Below are positions 52,974-64,000 of a DNA stretch of 64,000 nucleotides, in pieces. The notes under the pieces were generated by a model. The model worked only from the letters and a program-made list of their open reading frames with translations. It did no database searches and was not told the origin of the DNA. The position numbers and the translations under genes are program-made. Position 1 is the first letter of the stretch. Each line of letters begins with the position of its first letter. The DNA comes from Chiloscyllium plagiosum (lineage: Eukaryota). The stretch spans positions 74,233,490-74,297,489 of the forward strand of contig NC_057717.1 in assembly GCF_004010195.1 (NCBI RefSeq), read 5' to 3'.

Positions 52974-53089
52974 GGGTTTAAAGCTGCATTCTTGTGGGTG
53001 TGACTCTATTTTTCCTGCAGCCTAGGGTCAGGGGAGTCAAGGTACCCTAGACCAGAGGCTGAGCGACTGCGATATGTCCTGTCTCTCGG

Positions 53090-53360
53090 GTAACATAGTT
53101 ACTCAGTAGTTAGCACTGCTGCCTGACAGCTTTAGGGTCCCAGGTTTGATTACAGCATTGGACGACTGTCTGCGTGGAGTTTGCCCATTCTCCGCGTCCT
53201 CCAGTTTCCTCCCAGAGTCCAAAAATGCGCAGGTCAGGTGAATTGACCATTGTGTTTGGTGTATTATTCAGAGGGAAATGGGTCTGGGTGGGTTAGTCTT
53301 CAGAGGGTCGGTGTGGACTGGTTGGGCTGAAGGGCCTGTTTCCACACTGTAGCGAATTTA
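53090..53360 (+). mobile_element. HE1-type SINE
   Basis: Degenerate tRNA-derived head plus gggcctgtttccacactgt tail. Confidence 0.8.
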
Positions 53361-54303
53361 ATCATAATCGCGTTCAAAAAGTCTTTAATTGTCTATAATT
53401 CTTGAAACACGGTTCTAAGAACTGACATATGGGCCTATCTTTACATACTTCTGCAAGCCATGTCTAAGCAGATTTCCTACTGGAAAAGACATCAAAATGA
53501 AGTCTGTTAACAGAGCATGAATGGTTTCTATCTGATAGGTTATGTGGGACAAATGGTTCCCAAATGAGTACGATGTTGTAGGAAATAAGACTAAGGTCAC
53601 GGAAACATTCATTAAGAAGGATAAACTGCCCCTTCATTCTCTAGAGATTTGAAACATTGTACAATAATGTCTTAATTATCATTAAAAATGACTTTTGGAT
53701 ATCAGAAAGTCATTTCTCTGTATCGTTTGGATTCTGCGTACATTTGTGATATTGAATGCAGTTCTGGTCGCCATATTATCAAAAGGATGTACAGTGCAGG
53801 CTTTGGACAGTGTGCAAAAGAGATTAGCTGCAAGTAGATTAGCTGTAAGTAGAGCTTGAACAAACTCGGATTGTCCTCCACAGAATACCAGAGGCTGAGT
53901 GACGACCTCATAGAAGCATAACTATGAGAGGAATGGATTGGGTGGATAAAAAGAGTTTTCTTTCCAGGGTGGAAATACCAAATGATATGAATCATAAATT
54001 TAAGGGTGGGTGGGGCGGGGGGGAACGTTTAAGGCATATGTGTGGCAAGATTGCTTTTTTATGCAAAGGTTGATACATGACTGGAATACGCAGCCAGGAG
54101 TGATGGTCGAAGCACATGTAATAGCAACATTTAAGATGCATTTAGTTAAATACATAAACAGGCAGGGAAAAGATGGATATGGACTGAGTCAGAACAGGAT
54201 CACTCATGCAGAAAATAATTAGTCCAAAATGTCATTCTACCCATTTCATGCTAGTTACCTTTGTGTCTCTGAGTATACCCAGCTATCTTTTGTTCAGTCA
54301 GGA

Positions 54304-54895
54304 TGACAATCTGGACGCCTCCCAAGAGGGTCCTCTCGGTTTTGAAACCTGTCAAAAGAATTACGGTCTATTTAAAGCAAGGTTACCAGTTCAATGAAAT
54401 AAGGCAGCCTGGCGCAGATTTGTCCAGCAACACAGAAGTTAAAAGCTTCTGTGTTCTGTGAAGAAATTGCGCAATTACAATGGAACAATAAGCATTTTAT
54501 ATTTTTTTAATAGACAGTGCAACCTTAATTTCAAGGAAAAAACCAATGAAATGTAATAAGGTGACATGATTGAGAGCAGGTTAATCCAATTATGTTTCAT
54601 GGGGGACAGTATTGTCTTACGCACATCATCATCTCATACTCGCTGTTCAAGGATACTTCGGGTGGTCAGGTACTGTTTTATGATTCATATTACGAAGACT
54701 CCATTGTCTGCTTTATCTTCTAATTCAGCTAACTCAGCAAAACAGAAATGCAGATTCCAGTCATTTTAGCACAGTGTTAACTTATAACTTGACGCTGTTT
54801 TGTTGTTTTAGTTTAAATTGAAAAGACGTTTAGTGCTTACTAAAAGCTTACATACACTTGTCGCTCCTGACATAATTCCAAATTTTAGATTTTCA
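54304..54895 (-). repeat. ERV 3' LTR
   Basis: TG...CA termini; preceded by polypurine tract AAAGGAGGGGAAA (54896-54908). Confidence 0.88.
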
Positions 54896-55039
54896 TTTCC
54901 CCTCCTTTGGACATTCCGTGACCACACCATAAATGTGAAGGCACGGATCAAATTAATCCAATTGGATGGCAGCCAAAGACTGCCATATTTCCACCTCCTC
55001 TGGGGAGGGACCAAGGGCAGGCAATGAAACCTCCTCATC

Positions 55040-56255
55040 TTCATCTAAGTGGAAAAGAAGCATTTTCTGGATGGAACCAATGCTGTAAATAGAAGCGAAT
55101 ATTTTAGCAATCATACACTAAACAATAGCAATGCCAACAAAAAGACCAACTGAAACAATGGCAGCTTACATAGCCATATTGATCAGCCAGTTGTACCGTG
55201 AGCCAAAACCCCAATCTCTCATCCTGCTCCTTCAGTCATTTAGCTGACGAAGGTGCAGCTGTTATTTACATGCCTGGTAATATTTTCGATGAGGTCAGTG
55301 ATCCCTATGATTCACTTATCTTTGACTATGGCGCAAACTCCACTTTCTTTTGCAAGTATGTAATCGGGGGCATGCCGGTTTTTGGGGTAAACAGGTGCAA
55401 TTCTGAAAGCTCCTGTTAAGGCAGCTGTCTCATTACCCAAGCGAGTGAGACCACAAATGAGATAATTACGGTTTTGATGGCTAATGATTCCCAGAGATTC
55501 TCATACAGAAAAAAAAAACACTCAGAAATGTTCAGTGGCCCCCAAAGTCCCTGAACTCCTCCAATCCACGCAGAACTCAGGGCAGACCGAACGCCTGACA
55601 GGGAAATTCCAGACTCTCTGCCAGGCAATTGGACAGGGAATTAGGGCTGGTAAAAAAAATTGTTCCCACGGCTGCGGCACAAGGAGCACTCATTTCATTC
55701 AGGACAAGGTAGTTAGTTGCCCCACGATGGCTGAACAAATGACAACTAGGTTCAACATAAATAATATAGGGACCCTCTCAATAAGCAGTGGGCCCACCCC
55801 TGTGACCCCATGGAGCATCTGGACGGTCCATGCCCACACAGCATGGTCCTGAGCACCTAGGGCAAAAGCCATCCAACAGAACGAGTTGGGACTTCCAGAA
55901 CGAGATGTGGTTACCATCCCAGAATGGCTGCCTCTACCCCACAACTGGGAAGATGCGGGTGCTACCAGGGGGTCCCATAATGAAGGTGCGTGCCACCACC
56001 CACCCGACAAAGGGACTGAACACCAGTGACAACAGAGACACACTCCATCCCAAGGCTTATGCATGAGACGTGATGTCCTCCAGGGGAGCAGAGACTGATG
56101 CATTTGATGATAGCACACGGGATAGTCCATGTCACGTTTACATAAGTGCACCCCCATCCCTTACCATTGTAGCAATTCGGATAGGCTATCCCAGATTTAT
56201 TGGAGAAAGTCCATAAACAACTAATAGCTGGAGATAGATAATAATCAAAAGAAAT
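55040..56255 (-). pseudogene. env: ERV env remnant (gamma-type TM with immunosuppressive domain)
   Basis: ELSELHLFT..NRHAPDYILAKESGVCAIV at ~55320-55415, then a Trp-containing juxtamembrane stretch and a hydrophobic anchor; many stops. Confidence 0.75.
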
Positions 56256-56849
56256 ATTATGTCCCTTTTGTATTCAGGAGGGGAAAAGGGGTCAGGGAGT
56301 CTTTTGCTGACGTAAAGGCGCAACAAACCACTTCATCCTTGCCAAATATTTTATTGTGTCTTTGGAGAAACAAATTGTTAGTGAACAATAACATTTCCCC
56401 TTCTTCTCTTTTGCGGTGTGACCTATTTGAATGGGGGCCAGGTTCGCCCATAGTACAACTGAAACCAAACTGGCACACAACACCTTGGCAGGGTAAAGAT
56501 CATTGAGGCTTGTTTGGTAAATGGATTGATCGATCTTGTTGATGTGGTTGACCACTGCGACAGTCATCTTGGGTAACGTTCCACGCATCGAAGGAATCAG
56601 TCTCTTGGCATACAAGGACATCTTCTTGGCATAGATGGTACACAGTCTCTCGTTGTTCAGGATCACGCAGATAGGTGGTCCCTTCTTGTACACTAATTCT
56701 GACAATGGCAAGTCTGTATAGCGGGGTGAGTTTGATCCTGATCCTAGTAATCATTTCTGAAACAAGGGTTAGGATATTGAACGCAGAAGGAAGGTTACTG
56801 TTTGAAAAAGGCAGTTATAGCCTAATAGTCTAGTACCGATTCCTCTCTC

Positions 56850-58185
56850 AATTCCCTTTCATTCTCATCACCTCCATTATCTCCCCGTTTTTGAGGGGGT
56901 GTTGCAATGACCTTACAATGATAGAGGTGGACCCAGACAGAACGCCCAGTGACTTTAACAACAGTTGGTGTAGTGAGGAGGACTTGAAAGGGTTCTTCCA
57001 ATCGAGGTTGGAGGCTGTGGCCTGTCTAAGTCTTGATGAGGACAAATGAGCCTGGCTCAACAGTTGGAACACCGTCAAGGGAGGGGAGTTTTGCGTGAGC
57101 AGCATGTACTCGGGAATAAAACACTCGCAAAATTTTATTTAGGGAGGAGACATAGGAGGACATGTCTTCAGCCATGTGGTGAAAGTGAATGGGGCAGTGG
57201 CATCATTCCAAGGTGTGAAAAAGGCTCGGCCATAAACTATTTCGGCAGGGGATAAACGAGTTCTATCAGCAGGAGTGCAGCGGAGGTGAAACAGAACCAG
57301 AGGTGATAATTTAACACTAAAAAGGCCTGTCTCTGAAGTCAATTTGGCGAATTTAGTTTTCAGAGTCTGATAACAAGGCTCCACAAGACCTGCAGCTTGG
57401 ATAAGCACAATGGATTTGGCAGTGGATGCCGAAATGTGAGCATAATTTCTCATTTATGTCATCAATAAAATGAGGACTATTGTCAGAAGACAGACAGAGG
57501 GGAATACCAAAGCGGGGAATAATCTCCTTAAGTGGGAAACTTACAACAGTTTTGGCAGCAGTATTAGAAGTAGGATAAGCTTCAACCCATTTAGAAAAAA
57601 CAGCAACAATAACTAAAACATACTTATACTTTTGACACTTTTGTAACTCAAAGAAGTCAAGTTGATGGGTTTGAAAGGGGCCCTCGGGAAGCATGTCTGT
57701 CCCACAGGGCAAGGAATACCCTTGGATTGTGTTCATGGCAGGTGAGGCATCCATCACTGACTCGTTGGGCCATCTGCTGGAGGCGTGGTGCCACCAAGTG
57801 GTTAAAAGTAGGTCAGACATTGAGCGAGCGCCACAGTGTGGAACATTATGAAGACAATCAACTACCAAAAAGCAAAAGCAGGCATACAAATCTGTCCAGC
57901 TGGAGTGGTCCATAGTTTAGTAACAGAATTACAATAACAGCTGGTTTTGGACCACAACTGCCTTTCAGACTCAGGGCTGACCCTCTGTAAGACACCAGCA
58001 TCTTGAATGGTTGGCATTAGTTTATCCGAGGTAGCCCCACTCTTGTGAGAGCTTTCAGTCTGACTCATCATTTTAGGCACAATGATAAGACAATTGCAAG
58101 AGGCATGTTTTGCAGCCTCATTAGCAGCACGGTTACCAAAATCAACAGGGGATTGGCCAGTAGCATGGGCTACATTTGACGCAAG
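56850..58185 (-). pseudogene. pol: ERV pol remnant: RNase H end and integrase
   Basis: AHATGQSPVDFGNRAANEAAKHA; PFQTHQLDFFEL..YKYVLVIVAVFSKWVEAYP; IIPRFGIPLCLSSDNSPHF; AAGLVE..QTLK; LSPAEIVYGR. Confidence 0.9.
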
Positions 58186-58189
58186 TTAG

Positions 58190-58740
58190 GCAGAATTGGA
58201 GGAGGTGGCGATAGCAGAGGTCGCAGCAGCACATAAGAACACCATTCACCTAAATGTGAATTTTCATTGTCTCCTGCGCTTAAAACAAAACCAACCATCG
58301 AACTGCACAGTTCTGTTTGATTACCACCCACTAGTGACTTTTCCTTTTGTTTCTGTTGGCACTTAACTCGAGCACATTCGTTTTTGAGGACCTCGATAGA
58401 TTTCATGGTACCATCAGTGGTTAATTCAATCCCCCAATTTAGTGGCCGTATCCTGACATGAACATAAAATTGATTCCTTGTAGCTTTCATCACAAAATTG
58501 TCGCCAAAGTTTAATTAGTTCCTTGGTCTTGGGCCCCGTGTTTCGCTGCCAAATCAATTGCTGGGCTGATTTCACCAGTTGTATACATTTAGGGCCACCT
58601 AGTGGCCACTGCTCATCACCCAATGCTTTATTTCAGGCACCAGAAAGTTTTCAAAAATCCTCAGATTTTTCCAGAAATTTTTCATATATTTTCACCAACA
58701 TTGAAGATGGAACTTGCGTCTTATTTAAATCATTTGCCAT
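58190..58740 (-). pseudogene. gag: ERV gag N-terminal remnant
   Basis: MANDLNKTQVP...QWPLGG...PPPP with stops and frameshifts; ends abruptly at a deletion junction. Confidence 0.55.
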
Positions 58741-58966
58741 GTTTATTCAACCTTCCTTTTACAGTACCAACTCAAACTTTTATTATTCAACAGTCTGACT
58801 TCCTTCTTCATTTTCCAAACCTTCAAAACATTCATTATGAAATATCGCAATACTTTCTTTTTCATTGTGCAATTTAGTTATTACTTTAGACAACGCCAAT
58901 CCAACCAAACCAGGCTTTCTCAACTCTGAGAACGTTCTCAACCTTCTCGCTACTTTTTAAAGTGGT

Positions 58967-59160
58967 GTTCCCAATTTCGGAAGTCCTCGACTTCGATCAC
59001 TGTATAAAAAGGTCGGAGTTCCCAACTTCTGAAGTCCTCGACTTCAATCACTCTATATAAAAATATCGGAGTTCCCAACTCCGGAAGTTCTCAACTTCAG
59101 TCACTCTATAAAAAAGGTCGCAGTTCCCAACTCCTGAAGTCCGCGACTTCAATAACTCTT
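58967..59160. repeat. Tandem array of four ~52-bp units in the ERV leader
   Basis: gttcccaact(t/c)c(t/g)gaagtcctcgacttcaatcactctata...aaa.gtcgga repeated four times; units contain a GAAGTC-nnn-GACTTC inverted repeat. Confidence 0.85.
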
Positions 59161-61369
59161 TTTTTAAATAGAGTTCAATCATGAGGCAATGAGACACATC
59201 ACTGACAATGTGTAAAAGAATAAAACCAAAGATCCAGCCAATTAATTTTGATTTTGTGATTCAGGATATTACAATTAAATATTAAAAATAATAAATAAAA
59301 TAATCATTATCTGTAATCAGAGGAGGAAACTGAACAAGTGACTAAGACATTTTAAAAGTCATCGATTTAAATTGGAAACTCATTTATTCGGCATTCAATA
59401 TTTAAAATGTATACAGTTTCCAACTTTGAAATCCATAATAATTACCTGGTTCTAGTTCCTTAATTTAACTCCAAGATTAGGTTCCTTAAGTGGTCCTGAC
59501 CAGTCATTGCTCATTTACAATGCTGTAGGCCATGAAATGACTGCAACTGCCTTAAAAGGTCTTGTCTACTAACACGTTAACAAAAAGAAACTTCTAATGA
59601 ACGAATAATGGCCGAATCCAAAGGCACAGACATATTAATTTTGTTACATGATTTATCACAACCTAATGTTGAACTGAAACTTCAATTGTCATTGAGGGAG
59701 GGGACTCCCTCAATCAGGCTACGACTGGCCTTACCAATAATCACCAATGAAACACAACAGTCTTAGAATTAAGTGGGAACAAATGAATCTGAAACAGAAA
59801 AAGTGTTATAAGGTTGTTTTCCTCAGTATTAAACTGATTTGAAATTAAATGAGTTTGGTTTTCATGTAAGGATAAAAGTGATTAGTTAGAAACTGACAGT
59901 CGGGCAGTAATGGCCTGTAAGAAGAACAGAAGTTAATATTTCATTTCATAGGATCGTTAACCCTAAAACAAATTATGTTATATTTACAAAATGCAAATTA
60001 GATTCAAAACAGGGAATAAAACGCAAACATTGATTCACCAACAAACAAATGTGCATTCAAACAGAATCATATAGGGTTAAACNNNNNNNNNNNNNNNNNN
60101 NNNNNNNNNNNNNNNNNNNNNNNNNNNNNNNNNNNNNNNNNNNNNNNNNNNNNNNNNNNNNNNNNNNNNNNNNNNNNNNNNNNNNNNNNNNNNNNNNNNN
60201 NNNNNNNNNNNNNNNNNNNNNNNNNNNNNGCCTTTGCCCATTCCTCCCCTGCAAGGGCGATGAGGCCCCCACACTCCAGAGCAGCCCACACCAGAGAGCC
60301 TAGTTCCACAAATTCTGGCTGTGGCACACAGACGCCCGACCAAGTATGAAAAATCCAAACACCTCTCAGCCGTTCCATCTGCAATTCCAACAATAACCTC
60401 AAGGCAAGTCTCATTCGCCCACAACCCAGTGGAAACACAACAGAGTCTCCAACAACCGCCCAACGAGTCCAGTCTGCCAAATTCATTAAAGTCTGGATAT
60501 CCTGAAGCAAGGAAGTATAATTACAGTAGATTTGTACTAGCCTATTAAAACTAATGTTGGGCACTCGAACGGATAGGGGGCATCTTGAAGCATGACGCGG
60601 ACCTCAGCGTGGGTCCAGGGCTTATCAAATGGGGTTTCACCTGTCATAACCTTGGGGCAACAAGTTCTCTATCACTAATTTTGTGACTCTTAAGATGTTT
60701 TCGTCAGAACTTATGTACGGACACTCGGACCCTGTTGATAACTCACACTAGTATCTTGCTGCTGAGTAGCAAGAATTGTATCAGCAGTTTTGTCCCTCGC
60801 CAGCTTTCTTTTTTTTTACACGACAAAGGCATCAACCACCCTTCATATTTCATAAACAAAGAACAAACACCAAAACGAGCAGATAAAAAAACAAAAAGCA
60901 ACAAAGCAAGACAAGACAAGCCCAACAGATACGACAGAAATTAACTCGACACAAAACTTCCACTAATCAACAGCCTGACAACGAACAACAAGACTAGTGA
61001 TTTCTGAGAACTTTCTCAACATTCTAAATCCCTGACAGTTTTGTTATATCGCGATACTTCTTTATTTTACAGAACAATTTAAGTATCAATTTAAACAATG
61101 CCAATCCGACCGAATCTTATTGCTTTATTTCCTTTACTCATAGGACTCCGCCAGATCCCATTTATCTCTTTTTCTTATTTTCTCGAGACTGATCCTTTTA
61201 GGGCTGGACTGAGATCATGGGCAGCGAGGGGTCAGGTCAACCACTACCTGATTGAGACGAAAACCAGACGGATATGAGAAAAACCCACGTCTGGGTGGCC
61301 GATTCTTCAACACTCAATAGTGAAGAACTCAAGGCTCTTACACCACTGTCCATAATCAGTCCGTGCCGT

Positions 61370-61388
61370 ATCCAAGTCACAGGCACTA
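61370..61388 (-). promoter_or_regulatory. ERV primer-binding site, tRNA-His-like
   Basis: TAGTGCCTGTGACTTGGAT versus tRNA-His PBS TGGTGCCGTGACTCGGAT; 2 nt after the 5' LTR. Confidence 0.75.
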
Positions 61389-61390
61389 TA

Positions 61391-62001
61391 CGAAGATCTG
61401 GACCCCTCCCAAAAGGGGCCTCTCCGTTTCGAGACGTGTCAAAAGAATCTCTAGGATTACGGTCTATTTAAAGCAAGGTTACTAGTTTAATGAAATAAGG
61501 CAGATTTAAGGCGCAGATTTGTTCAACAACACTAAAGTTAAAAGCTTCTGTGTTCTGTGAAGAAATTGCGCAATTACAATGGCACAATAAGCATTTTATA
61601 TGTTTTTTAAGAGACAGTGCAACCTTAATTTCAAGGAAAAAAAACAATGAAATGTAATAAGGTGACATGATTGAGAGCAGGTTAATCCAATGATATTTCC
61701 TGGGAAGCAGTATTGTCTGAGCATATCATCGTTTCATACTCGCAGTTCAAGGTTAGTTCGGGTGGTCAGTTAATATCTTATGATTCATATTATGAAGACT
61801 CCATTGTCTGCTTTATCTTCTAATTCAGCTAGCTCAGCAAAGCAGAAATGCAGGTTCCAATCATTTTAGCACAGTGTTAACTTATAACTTAAAGCCGTTT
61901 TGCTGTGTTACTTTAAATTAAAAAGCCATTTTGTGGTTAATAAAAGCTTATATACACTTGTTGCTCCTGACAGCAGCCTAAATCCAAATTTTAGATCCTC
62001 A
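61391..62001 (-). repeat. ERV 5' LTR
   Basis: Direct repeat of 54304-54895; begins TG on the minus strand and is followed by the PBS. Confidence 0.88.
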
Positions 62002-62849
62002 AGGATTTTGACTGATATTTGAGGCTGATGCTTAATTTCATGTCAGACACAAGGCAGGTTTGGTCTATGTCTATCATGCACCAGTTTCAAGAGACCAAAT
62101 GACCATTTCATGTTCCCGTTTTACTTTTGCCCGTTTAATAAATATGTTATCAATTACAACATAATTTGAGTAATTGTGTCTGGAAATTCAACACACGAAA
62201 ATAGTGCAGAATCATTATCTGTGTTGAAGTTGGACGTGTAAATATGAACACTCAGTTAAGAATTAAATAGCTGAAATAATTGGCAAGAATCGAAAAGCAG
62301 AAAATAAAAATAAATCAGATGGATTTTAATTTGCATTGACCTGCTGAAACATCTTGCCAAATACTCTTTACAATATGTGGAACATTCTATTATAAGCTGA
62401 TGTTTATTCCCAAATCCAGTGCACAAAACTTTTGATTTGATAAGATTCTATCACCAACTCAATGGTCCATTAACTATCACATCAATATGTTTTGTTCAAG
62501 TTCGGTCAAAGTTTAGGAAATCTAAAGATTTATCAACCTTTGCAAATCAACTCACAAACAGACTCTTACACATGTACACTTATATTAACGGGTTTTCTAA
62601 CGCACTGACAAACTACCTTTGTGATATAAAAAAAAGGTTTATAGCTTTGCAAGATTCAAATTATTTACAGGACAGCAATCAATTGGTCAATATACCAGGC
62701 ATATTCCAGCGTTAATGTTTAAGACAAGACTCCAGTGGCCCTTTTTTCACCTTTTGTTTTTAAGTTTCATTCCACTGTTTGTTTGTCCAGGTTTCCCACC
62801 AAGTATCTCGGCTTTATCCCTCAACTGCTCCATCTGTTGACAATGTAAT

Positions 62850-62997
62850 TGGCCATGCTAAATTGCCTGTAGTGTTTGGTAGGTGTGGGGGAATGGGTCT
62901 GGTTGGGTTGCTCTTCGGAGGGTCGGTGTGGACTTGTTGGGCCAAAGGGCCTGTTTCCACACTGTAAGTAATCTAATCTAATCTAATCTAATCTAAT
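62850..62997 (+). mobile_element. HE1-type SINE 3' part with (aatct)n tail, inserted in old minus-strand CR1 debris (~62400-63900)
   Basis: ggccatgctaaattgcc...gggcctgtttccacactgtaagtaatctaatctaatct. Confidence 0.8.
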
Positions 62998-64000
62998 TAT
63001 TCCGTGACAAAGAACTTTACCTCGATATCGCTCATGCATTTATTACTGATTTTAATTCATTAGTACTGCCCGATCTTGTGGTTTAGTGGCAATGACAAAA
63101 CCCTCTGCAGGACGGGATTTTCTACCATGTAAACAATTGTTTTGCTGCGAGAGAAAGCCGCTTTATAATCTTCCTATACAAATAACCTGTGTTTTCATAT
63201 CTTCACAGTATACACTCATCAGCAAATGATCAGTTTGATCTTTAGCAAATATTACAAACGTTATGTTATCCACGTTGGTTTGTTCAATTAACTCATTAAG
63301 AATTGCTCGTGTCACTTTGGAAAAATGCTTCTTTCATCTTTAATAAACTTTGGTATACAATGTTCCTTGCTTTCTCTGTTCACCACTTCTATGTTAACCA
63401 ACAAGTATACGATTCTGTTTTAGTACCATTCCATGGCAATCACAGATTCTACTGATGAATATTCCAAATTAGGACACCTGATTCACTGCGTCTGTTTTAT
63501 ACAAAACTTCAGATTTTCGATAACTATTGAAACAGTTTAGTTCATTACTGCTGGGTTAAAATATTCATTCCTTCAATCTGAAACAAACAGCTTAAAAATC
63601 CTAATCTTTCCATTTGTTAGACCCTCATCAAGTTCTCACATATTTGATCCTTATTTCATTCTAAATCACTTTCATCTTTGCTAATCCAGTAAATATTTAT
63701 GGCCATATCATTAATAAGGTATACAAGTTTGTACACATTACATTAAGTGTAATACCACTGATGTTGTGGAAAGTTACAATAAGATCTTCTTTCATTTGTA
63801 CAGAATCGTCATCGTCACGCAAGGCTACATTCCATTTTCCAATCTAATTGCATACATGCTAACTGTTATTCATAAACGAGGACATCCAGCCTGATGCTGC
63901 TTTGTCATACTGATCAGATTCCACATTCAACTCGAGTTGACTCTTTTCATAGAATCATCGAATCCCCACAGGCCATTGGGCCAACAAATCCACACTGACC

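Larger units (their letters stand above)
54304..62001 (-). mobile_element. Endogenous retrovirus (class I, epsilon/gamma-like), internally deleted provirus
   Basis: Two LTRs, 4-bp TSD AGGA (54300-54303 and 62002-62005), PBS, PPT, gag N-terminus, RNase H end plus integrase, and env with ISD. Confidence 0.9.

Noticed and set aside
54350-54872. TGTCA...TGACA as the LTR termini
   Set aside because: Homology extends beyond them; the PPT, PBS and AGGA TSD fix the ends at 54304/54895 and 61391/62001.
58967-59160. CRISPR-like appearance of the hairpin repeats (also 52180-52545)
   Set aside because: No unique spacers, vertebrate context; these are tandem repeats.

Overview
Repeat-rich vertebrate genomic DNA, inferred to be cartilaginous fish from HE1-type SINEs with CR1/HER1-type 3' tails, CR1 LINEs and Penelope fragments. 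There are four assembly gaps. The main host feature is a six-exon minus-strand gene (15124-23932) that I assembled by hand from GT-AG sites with consistent phases. It encodes a 211-aa type-I membrane protein: leader, one germline-joined V-J Ig domain (YYC...FGNG), a short hinge, a Cys plus a TM containing Glu, and a tail ending QEGLYAQL. A dead paralogous leader/upstream block lies at ~2.5-3.1 kb. Also present: a GPR139-like GPCR pseudogene beside a ~2.7 kb diverged segmental duplication; a Gmr1-type Gypsy element (IN before RT) with a nested CR1; a near full-length CR1 with a nested Penelope; a CR1 with an internal inversion and duplication inside the receptor's last intron; an intron-containing tRNA-Arg(TCT) copy; and an internally deleted endogenous retrovirus with both LTRs, a 4-bp TSD, a tRNA-His-like PBS and gamma-type env. 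Repeat boundaries are approximate (read by eye).
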